IMG/VR virus record: IMGVR_UViG_3300042868_005134 | Location: 310,001 to 374,000 of that record | Length of the DNA stretch: 64,000 bases | Direction: 5' to 3' (one strand) | In this document: positions 48,935 through 54,817 of the stretch, one piece after another | How positions within the stretch are numbered: the stretch's first letter is position 1 | How the letters are laid out: each line of letters starts with the position of its first letter | Notes under the pieces: model-generated | Database searches by the model: none | What the model was told of the DNA's origin: nothing | What the model saw: the letters and a program-made list of their open reading frames with translations, nothing else | Translations under genes and position numbers: made by a program

Positions 48935-49019
48935 TGGTGGAGATTACTGGGATCGAACCAGTCGTGCCCGAAGGCGGCGGATTTACAGTCCACTGCATCA
49001 CCATTGATGCTTCATCTCC
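48935..49019 (-). tRNA. tRNA-Tyr(GTA)
   Basis: GTGGA-CTGTAAA-TCCGC; variable arm; CCA. Confidence 0.9.
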
Positions 49020-49020
49020 A

Positions 49021-49090
49021 TATAGAAACACACTAACACCGCTGGCAAAGTAATTATATTACTTGATACGATACCTAATGTATTTCTATA
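49021..49090 (-). ncRNA. Family-2 long-stem element
   Basis: TATAGAAATACATTA/TAGTGTGTTTCTATA stem; inner AAGTAAT-ATA-ATTACTT. Confidence 0.5.
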
Positions 49091-49166
49091 TGGCGTCCCT
49101 ACGGGGATTCGAACCCCGGTACTCACCGTGAAAGGGTGATGTCCTAGGCCTCTAGACGATAGGGAC
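49091..49166 (-). tRNA. tRNA-Glu(TTC)
   Basis: TCACC-CTTTCAC-GGTGA; CCA. Confidence 0.95.
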
Positions 49167-49219
49167 AAAATTCACAATTGATTTTTTAAAGAACAGTGTT
49201 AATTTCTTAACATGTACTT

Positions 49220-49248
49220 ATTATAGCGTCTTCTGAGGTTGCTGTCAA
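49220..49248 (-). promoter_or_regulatory. Consensus sigma70 promoter heading tRNA array A
   Basis: TTGACA-17 nt-TATAAT. Confidence 0.85.
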
Positions 49249-49260
49249 CTACTTTTTGAA

Positions 49261-50679
49261 TTATTTTAAATTATATTCTAAATAATTCTTAAAAAATTCT
49301 TTATTTTTTTCAGCAAGTAACTTATAGTCTAGGTCTTGTTTGTTTGTATTCATTATTTCAGAAAACTCAAAACCCGCACTCGCATGTTCTCCCAAACGCC
49401 AAGACGTTGGCTTACCAATATGGTCCATTATAGAATTTAGTGACTTAGAAAATTCTGTTACTGTTTTTGCGTCCCAGTAATCGTTTTCCCAAAACTCTGT
49501 CTGTAATGGTTTCATAAATCTGTAACCGTACTGGCTATAGTTCTCATCAAACTTACTTTTGTAGGCCGAAGCTGGATCTCTAGATATCCCTAATGGATTA
49601 AATCTCCAATCATACATTTCATTGTCCAAACACCACTGATGAGTAGCGTATAAATCTTCTCTAGTTTCACCAGTTAGCCCAGCAATAAAACTCAATTCAA
49701 ATGTTATTTCGTCTTTCCATGTTTGCTTTAATGTTTGTAAAAATTCTTTTCCGTGTACGCCATTCCAACCTTTACCTACAATTTTACAAGCATCCTTATG
49801 AAAACTTTCAATTCCAAAGTATGCGCTTTTGAGTCCTGAGTCTTTTAATTGCTGTATTGAACCTGGTCGAGATCCTATCAAATCTAATCGATTGTAGCCA
49901 ATCCATTCTAACTTAAATGGTAAATTTTGTACTATTTCAGTTATAGCTTCCATTTTTTCCTGACTCTCGTTAACTGTATCATCAATGAAAAAATATCTAG
50001 TTGTACCAAACGTTTCGTAATTGTACATAAGTTCTTCCTTAACCAAGGAATAATCTCTTAGATAAGTATTTTTCTTTTTACCTAGATTAGGATATCTGCA
50101 AAATGAACAAGAAAACTGACAGCCCCGACCTAATTCAATTGGCAACACTTCGTACGATTGAACAAAGTCATCTTTCACAAAAGCAGGACTAAGTGTTTTA
50201 ATATCAAAAGGTGTCCGCGTTAACGATACATTAGATTCCTGATCTAGAAATTTTAATAAATCATTCTCAGCATTTCCGTGCAGCTTAATCCAATCTAAAT
50301 AGCAATTTTTTGCGTATGAATTAGAGCCTCCTAAAATCCATTTTAACTGAGGGAACTTATTTTCAAGTAGTGGCCTCGAGTTTAAAATCCATTCGGGTTC
50401 GCTCACTACCATAGATAGTCTGCCAGTCGTTGTTGCTTTGCGTAATGCCCCGTCGTGCCAAAATGTAGAACTTACACCTATGCCTATAGTTGTAGAGTCT
50501 ACAAATTTCGAAGTTACTTCAACTAATTCATTAGTAGTAAATTTCTGACAAAAGTCTATTACTTTAACAGTATAGCCATGTCTCCTTAACCATGCGGCTA
50601 ATTGATACGGACCCAGTGGTCTCGTATGTCCCGATTTATCTGGTAGATAAATCGAATTCCAAATTATAAAATGTGCCAT
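49261..50679 (-). CDS. B12-binding-domain radical SAM protein
   Basis: RPLGPYQLAAWLRRHG N-terminus; ELGRGCQFSCSFC; FIDDT; GIES. Confidence 0.88.
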   Translation of the reverse strand: MAHFIIWNSIYLPDKSGHTRPLGPYQLAAWLRRHGYTVKVIDFCQKFTTNELVEVTSKFVDSTTIGIGVSSTFWHDGALRKATTTGRLSMVVSEPEWILNSRPLLENKFPQLKWILGGSNSYAKNCYLDWIKLHGNAENDLLKFLDQESNVSLTRTPFDIKTLSPAFVKDDFVQSYEVLPIELGRGCQFSCSFCRYPNLGKKKNTYLRDYSLVKEELMYNYETFGTTRYFFIDDTVNESQEKMEAITEIVQNLPFKLEWIGYNRLDLIGSRPGSIQQLKDSGLKSAYFGIESFHKDACKIVGKGWNGVHGKEFLQTLKQTWKDEITFELSFIAGLTGETREDLYATHQWCLDNEMYDWRFNPLGISRDPASAYKSKFDENYSQYGYRFMKPLQTEFWENDYWDAKTVTEFSKSLNSIMDHIGKPTSWRLGEHASAGFEFSEIMNTNKQDLDYKLLAEKNKEFFKNYLEYNLK

Positions 50680-50712
50680 GAGATATTTATTGTACTATCG
50701 ATCTCATGAAAA

Positions 50713-51378
50713 TTAACTAATATGTAGGACAGGAATAGTTACTTTCGGTTTTGCTGGATATTTTAAATCTGGTTTTGTATGATGAATCCGTCTGTTTCTA
50801 TTAATATCTTTATAACCAACTCCTAAAATTATCATAGGCTGTCCCTGGATATTTAACACTGTCTGAAGACCGGCTATATCAAAGCATCCGCAATAACCTG
50901 TTGAGTATCCTAATTGATGTGCTAATAGATTCAAGTATCCACTAGCTATACCTATGGACATGTGAATGTCGATTAACATACGTTTCTTTGCCGTATCCGA
51001 CACTAAGCCTGCTGGATGTCTAAACTCTTCAAAGTACGTATTCAAATACGGCCTGTCTGAATTAGCTGTAAGTATATCTGCTAGTGTTAACTGTTCGAAT
51101 ACTACTAACATGTTTGCCAATGTTTGTGAATTATTTTCTATGCTCATTGAGGGTGGAAAATCGAAACCACTTGTATTGTTGTAAACTTGTTCTATTACAG
51201 TCCGATTAGTAATAAAATGGCATCGATAAAATGCAGCATTTTGTTTACTGGGGCATTGGGTTACTGCTTCAACTAATAAGTCGATATCTTCTTGCGGAAT
51301 TGATCGTGTTAAATCCCAATTTCGTTGGCAATGTTGACTTTTTTGAATAGTAATTTTTACTGCTGATTTATCGATCAT
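50713..51378 (-). CDS. Nitroreductase family protein
   Basis: QRNW...IP...CPSKQN; IGIASG...LGYSTGYCG; GVGY. Confidence 0.8.
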   Translation of the reverse strand: MIDKSAVKITIQKSQHCQRNWDLTRSIPQEDIDLLVEAVTQCPSKQNAAFYRCHFITNRTVIEQVYNNTSGFDFPPSMSIENNSQTLANMLVVFEQLTLADILTANSDRPYLNTYFEEFRHPAGLVSDTAKKRMLIDIHMSIGIASGYLNLLAHQLGYSTGYCGCFDIAGLQTVLNIQGQPMIILGVGYKDINRNRRIHHTKPDLKYPAKPKVTIPVLHIS

Positions 51379-51411
51379 AATTTCTCTTTAGTTAAAAAAT
51401 TATTTATCGTT

Positions 51412-51485
51412 TGGTGCTCCTAGGAAGGATCGAACTTCCAATTACACTATACCAAAGTGTCGGTATTCCATTTACCTATAAGAGC
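51412..51485 (-). tRNA. tRNA-Thr(GGT)
   Basis: ACACT-TTGGTAT-AGTGT; CCA. Confidence 0.9.
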
Positions 51486-51487
51486 GT

Positions 51488-51562
51488 TGGTACCGCTTAG
51501 TGGAATCGAACCACTATTCACACTTTAGAAGAATGTTGTCCTATCCATTGAACGAAAGCGGT
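51488..51562 (-). tRNA. tRNA-Arg(TCT)
   Basis: ACATT-CTTCTAA-AGTGT; CCA. Confidence 0.9.
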
Positions 51563-51569
51563 AAAATTT

Positions 51570-51645
51570 TGGCAGGGGAGATGAGATTCGAACTCATGAT
51601 GACGATTTCAAAGACCGTTGCCTTAGGCCACTAGGCGACACCCCA
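51570..51645 (-). tRNA. tRNA-Gln(TTG)
   Basis: ACGGT-CTTTGAA-ATCGT; CCA. Confidence 0.88.
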
Positions 51646-51653
51646 ACAAATAA

Positions 51654-51776
51654 AACAGGATACGTTTTTTACGAAGGGCATGGAGCCCTTTGCTCAACCG
51701 CTGAGCGAATCTGCCATAAGGCAAATGTTGGAATCGAACCAACGTGTCATAAATGACTTTGCTGTGCGTATCCTTA
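51654..51776 (-). ncRNA. Family-1 copy 4: YrlA-like circularly permuted tRNA mimic
   Basis: AGGATACG/CGTATCCT helix + ACAGCAAA enclosing T-arm, loop-closed acceptor stem, D-arm and anticodon-like arm, in that order. Confidence 0.8.
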
Positions 51777-51779
51777 ACT

Positions 51780-51899
51780 TGGTGTCGTTGCTGGGATTCG
51801 AACCCAGATCTCTTCCTTTAGAGTGGAATTTTGATTGTGCTGACTGTATCCTTAACAGGATAACCTTTTATAAGCGTCCTACCATTAGACGACAACGAC
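51780..51899 (-). ncRNA. Family-1 copy 5: 120 nt tRNA-like RNA with internal family-1 helix and CTA loop
   Basis: GTCGTTG/CAACGAC-ACCA; D- and T-arms; insertion TATCCT-GTTA-AGGATA-CAGTCAGCA; TTCC-ACTCTAAA-GGAA. Confidence 0.7.
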
Positions 51900-51904
51900 A
51901 TGAC

Positions 51905-51981
51905 TGGTACCCCTAGGCAGATTCGAACCGCCATCCAGCAGATTTTAAGTCTACCCGCACTACCAATTAGCGTACAGGGGC
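51905..51981 (-). tRNA. tRNA-Leu(TAA), short variable loop
   Basis: GTAGA-CTTAAAA-TCTGC; CCA. Confidence 0.88.
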
Positions 51982-52158
51982 ATAAATATTTTTGTGAAAA
52001 CTTACGATCACTTAACACCGCAAGGATTACAGTTTCACCTTTGTTTGTACCAAGGTGTGTGCTGTGTTATGGTACACGATATATACGACAACACCTACTT
52101 CGAATTACAATACTTCACTGACGTTAACAAAGCACTTCGCTTTGTCAACAATTTATAA

Positions 52159-52235
52159 TGGTACCCCTTGTCTGATTCGAACAGACAGCCAACTCCTTTT
52201 GAGAGAATCCGCACTACCAATTAGCGTAAAGGGGC
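52159..52235 (-). tRNA. tRNA-Leu(CAA), short variable loop
   Basis: Loop CT-CAA-AA; CCA. Confidence 0.88.
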
Positions 52236-52238
52236 ATA

Positions 52239-52315
52239 TGGTACCTTCGGGCGGGTTCGAACCCCCAACCAACAGTTTCTAAAACTATCCGCACTCCCAA
52301 TTAGCGTACGAAGGC
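52239..52315 (-). tRNA. tRNA-Leu(TAG), short variable loop
   Basis: Loop TT-TAG-AA; CCA. Confidence 0.85.
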
Positions 52316-52326
52316 ATTTAAATTTT

Positions 52327-52401
52327 TGGTAGTCGATGCTGGGTTCGAACCAGCGACCTACACGATGTCAACGTGGTGCTCTACCACTGAGCTAATCGAC
52401 T
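52327..52401 (-). tRNA. tRNA-Val(GAC)
   Basis: Loop TT-GAC-AT; CCA. Confidence 0.92.
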
Positions 52402-52402
52402 A

Positions 52403-52477
52403 TGGTACCCTTGGACAGTTTCGAAATGTCGACCCTCGCCTTATCAAGACGATGCTCTTCCTCTGAGCTACAAGGGC
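52403..52477 (-). tRNA. tRNA-Ile(GAT)
   Basis: TCGTC-TTGATAA-GGCGA; CCA. Confidence 0.9.
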
Positions 52478-52491
52478 ATAAACTACTTAGG

Positions 52492-52562
52492 GGTGACTAT
52501 CGGGGCTCGAACCCGAACTACCAGAGTCACAGTCTAGGTTGCTACCATTACAACATAGCCAC
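52492..52562 (-). tRNA. tRNA-His(GTG), no encoded CCA or G-1
   Basis: CTAGA-CTGTGAC-TCTGG; C73. Confidence 0.85.
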
Positions 52563-52574
52563 ACCTAAATAGTC

Positions 52575-52648
52575 TGGTCCTCTCGACAAGAATCGAACTT
52601 GTAATGGCCGGTTATCAGCCGACTGTTATACCATTTAACTACAAGAGG
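52575..52648 (-). tRNA. tRNA-Ile(GAT)
   Basis: GTCGG-CTGATAA-CCGGC; CCA. Confidence 0.88.
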
Positions 52649-52654
52649 AATAAA

Positions 52655-52720
52655 AACAGGATAGCATTTTTTGGCTTTTTTTACAGAAAAGATTTTTTTG
52701 ATTTGCTGTTGCTATCCTAA
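52655..52720 (-). ncRNA. Family-1 copy 6: mini RNA with GTA (Tyr) anticodon stem-loop
   Basis: AGGATAGCA/TGCTATCCT; ACAGCAAA; CTTTT-CTGTAAA-AAAAG. Confidence 0.75.
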
Positions 52721-52722
52721 AC

Positions 52723-52812
52723 TGGCAGTGAGTAAGGGATTCGAACCCTTGGGCCCCTAGCGGAGCCGACAGTTTAGCAAACTATTGGGTTAAGCCACTC
52801 CCCCAACTCACT
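52723..52812 (-). tRNA. tRNA-Ser(GCT)
   Basis: ATAGT-TTGCTAA-ACTGT; variable arm; CCA. Confidence 0.9.
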
Positions 52813-52974
52813 ATATAGGTTTTCCCGGCGACCAACTATCTTTCTTAAGGACTCGCTGGCTTGTCTCGTGTGAAAGAGTTTATACAGACCTTGTACAATT
52901 CTACTGGCGTGTCATGCTCAAGAAATAGGGCACTAGAATACAAGGGACTCATCTCAACGTCTAGCTGGGAAACT

Positions 52975-53066
52975 TGGCGGAAGACGGAGGAGTCGAACCC
53001 CATCCCATTTCTGAGAACCCAGTTTTCAAGGCTGGTCGGCGCACCAACGCACCTGCATCATCTTCC
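52975..53066 (-). tRNA. tRNA-Ser(TGA), 8/4-type cloverleaf
   Basis: 8 bp acceptor GGAAGATG/CGTCTTCC; 4 bp T-stem; 6 bp D-stem; loop CT-TGA-AA; CCA. Confidence 0.8.
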
Positions 53067-53072
53067 ATAACT

Positions 53073-53147
53073 TGGTGCTCCCTCACGGACTCGAACCGCA
53101 ATAACCGGACTACAAAACCGGTATAATAGCCTTTATATTAAAGGAGC
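53073..53147 (-). tRNA. tRNA-Thr(TGT)
   Basis: Loop TT-TGT-AG; CCA. Confidence 0.85.
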
Positions 53148-53152
53148 AAATT

Positions 53153-53227
53153 TGGCGCCCACATATGGAATCGAACCACAATCCCCGGTTTCGTAAACCA
53201 GTATATTATCCATTATACTATGCGGGC
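53153..53227 (-). tRNA. tRNA-Arg(ACG)
   Basis: CTGGT-TTACGAA-ACCGG; CCA. Confidence 0.9.
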
Positions 53228-53232
53228 AAATT

Positions 53233-53307
53233 TGGTGGTAATAGTAGGATTTGAACCTACACCTTGCTCCGTATGAAGGAGGTGCACTACCGTTATGCTA
53301 TATTACC
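53233..53307 (-). tRNA. tRNA with CAT anticodon (Met or Ile2)
   Basis: Loop TT-CAT-AC; CCA. Confidence 0.85.
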
Positions 53308-53308
53308 A

Positions 53309-53402
53309 TATAGAAACACACTAGAGTTTTACGATAAACTACGCTCCTGAGTTTCTGCCCAAGAGCTCATAGGTCTGCCTATGTTTCTAATGTGTTTTTA
53401 TA
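53309..53402 (-). ncRNA. Family-2 long-stem element with three inner hairpins
   Basis: TATAAAAACACATTAGA/TCTAGTGTGTTTCTATA; CATAGG/CCTATG; GCTCTTGGG/CTCAGGAGC; AGTTT/AAACT. Confidence 0.55.
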
Positions 53403-53477
53403 TGGTAGGGGCACAGGGAATCGAACCCTGATAGACCGGTTAAAAGCCGGATATTCTAGCCGTTGAATTATACCCCC
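53403..53477 (-). tRNA. tRNA-Lys(TTT)
   Basis: Loop CT-TTT-AA; CCA. Confidence 0.9.
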
Positions 53478-53480
53478 ATA

Positions 53481-53556
53481 TGGTCCACAGCGTCAGATTC
53501 GAACTGACACCTCATCGGTTAAGAGCCGAGTACGCTACCGTTAACGCCAGCTGTGG
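53481..53556 (-). tRNA. tRNA-Lys(CTT)
   Basis: Loop CT-CTT-AA; CCA. Confidence 0.88.
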
Positions 53557-53641
53557 ATGGATCGTAAATATTTTCTTTTACGTGCCATCCAGGACCATAC
53601 GGGATCCGGGATGACACTACAGTTTACCTGTACGTTTCATG

Positions 53642-53770
53642 TCATTCTCCTTTGTTGATATTTCTCTTTTGTGCTTGGCGTTCTGATTTCCAGAACACTC
53701 GTTTCCAATCTTTCAAATGCTTCCACCATTGTGGAGGCGCAGTTAGGTTACCTTTTTTGACATTTGCCAT
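53642..53770 (-). CDS. Small basic Trp-rich protein (42 aa)
   Basis: AAGGA RBS; MANVKKGNLTAPPQWWKHLKDWKRVFWKSER... Confidence 0.55.
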   Translation of the reverse strand: MANVKKGNLTAPPQWWKHLKDWKRVFWKSERQAQKRNINKGE

Positions 53771-53786
53771 AGGATTTCCTTTATAA

Positions 53787-53846
53787 AACAGGATGCTTAT
53801 TTTTCAATTAAAAGTTGAATTTTTGAATTTGCTGTTCGCATCCTAA
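53787..53846 (-). ncRNA. Family-1 copy 7: mini RNA with TTT (Lys) anticodon stem-loop
   Basis: AGGATGC/GCATCCT; ACAGCAAA; TTCAA-CTTTTAA-TTGAA. Confidence 0.75.
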
Positions 53847-53848
53847 AA

Positions 53849-53924
53849 TGGTACACCCTGTTGGAATCGAACCAACTTCAACGGCTCTTCAGACCGCCGC
53901 TATGACCACATCAGCTAAAGGTGC
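53849..53924 (-). tRNA. tRNA-Phe(GAA)
   Basis: GCGGT-CTGAAGA-GCCGT; CCA. Confidence 0.88.
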
Positions 53925-53932
53925 ATTATACT

Positions 53933-54008
53933 TGGTCTCCCTACCAGGATTCGAACCTGGACCACACGGCCCCAAACCGTGTACGCAACCTGATAACGCT
54001 TTAGAGAG
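53933..54008 (-). tRNA. tRNA-Pro(TGG)
   Basis: CACGG-TTTGGGG-CCGTG; CCA. Confidence 0.88.
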
Positions 54009-54015
54009 ATAAAAT

Positions 54016-54090
54016 TGGTGGAGGCCGAGGGAATCGAACCCTTCTAGTCACGATGCTTGCAAGGCAACGCCGTAGCCCACTACTGCCCCC
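54016..54090 (-). tRNA. tRNA-Ala(TGC), reduced D-arm
   Basis: G3:U70; GTAG-TGGG-CTAC; loop CT-TGC-AA; CCA. Confidence 0.8.
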
Positions 54091-54160
54091 AATTACAAAG
54101 CATACTATTCTAACTCGTCAAAAGAGTCTGCGTTATACGTCTTTAGTATACTTTGTAATT
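54091..54160 (-). ncRNA. Family-2 long-stem element
   Basis: AATTACAAAGTATACTA/TAGTATGCTTTGTAATT; inner GACTC-TTTTGAC-GAGTT. Confidence 0.5.
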
Positions 54161-54237
54161 GGCTGTCCGACTAGGGATCGAACCTAGCTCATTCTTCGTT
54201 AACAGCGAAGCGCCTACACCATGCTTGCTCTCGGACA
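54160..54237 (-). tRNA. tRNA-Asn(GTT)
   Basis: CTTCG-CTGTTAA-CGAAG; CCA. Confidence 0.85.
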
Positions 54238-54244
54238 ATAAAAT

Positions 54245-54320
54245 TGGCGCCATGGACGGGACTCGAACCCGCCTGGTACGGATAGACAATCCGCTGCCCT
54301 ACCCCGAGGACTACCATGGC
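54245..54320 (-). tRNA. tRNA-Asp(GTC)
   Basis: GCGGA-TTGTCTA-TCCGT; CCA. Confidence 0.88.
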
Positions 54321-54324
54321 ATGT

Positions 54325-54399
54325 TGGTATCGCGTACGGGGATCGAACCCGCCTGAGTAAGTTGAAAGCCTACGGACCTCACCAGAAGTCAAACGCGAT
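54325..54399 (-). tRNA. tRNA-Glu(TTC)
   Basis: GTAGG-CTTTCAA-CTTAC; CCA. Confidence 0.85.
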
Positions 54400-54406
54400 G
54401 TAATAA

Positions 54407-54468
54407 AACAGGATAGCATCTTTTTTCCATTAAAAGTGAAATTAGAATTTTTGCTGTTGCTATCCTAA
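54407..54468 (-). ncRNA. Family-1 copy 8: mini RNA with TTT (Lys) anticodon stem-loop
   Basis: AGGATAGCA/TGCTATCCT; ACAGCAAA; TTTCA-CTTTTAA-TGGAA. Confidence 0.75.
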
Positions 54469-54471
54469 AAT

Positions 54472-54559
54472 TGGTGGAGGCTGATGGAATCGAACCACTT
54501 GACAGCCACCCTGCTTAATATGTCTACCGGGTTACAGCCGGCAACAGGGAACAACCTCC
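54472..54559 (-). tRNA. Atypical D-armless tRNA-Tyr(GTA)-like gene
   Basis: GGAGGTT/AGCCTCC-ACCA; GCCGG-CTGTAAC-CCGGT; normal T-arm; no D hairpin. Confidence 0.65.
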
Positions 54560-54817
54560 AATTTGTTAACACACTCACGACCGGTAATTACCAATCCATA
54601 AGCAAACTATGTTCACTTATAAAGAATGTGTATATTAAAAGCCACTAGCAGGAAGAACTATGTTCCACTAGCCTCCAAGGACTAGCCCAACACCAATTGC
54701 TTTTAATATGACAGATTTTTCGCTCTAGAAGAAGAGTTTCATCCTTGCCACCGCCCGTTTGCCCATGTTTTAAGTGCGGGCCAGGACCTCGTTTCCTGTA
54801 TGTTCACACTTTGCGGT

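Noticed and set aside
51780-51899. Genome-wide TAG recoding implied by the CTA loop
   Set aside because: Long genes are intact in the standard code, and TAG ends ORFs at 41447 and 55530.
52975-53066. tRNA-Sec (selC)
   Set aside because: It starts GGAAGAT like selC, but the anticodon is TGA (Ser), not TCA.
45233-54419. ORF-track ORFs overlapping tRNA/ncRNA genes (e.g. 45233, 45770, 46075, 46155, 48077, 48598, 48834, 51680, 51818, 52055, 52861, 54159, 54189)
   Set aside because: They read through tRNA or structured RNA sequence, lack an RBS and have no protein-like composition.
45163-54468. Family-1 repeats as a CRISPR array
   Set aside because: The copies are dispersed, form terminal inverted pairs around inserts of very different length, and no cas genes are present.
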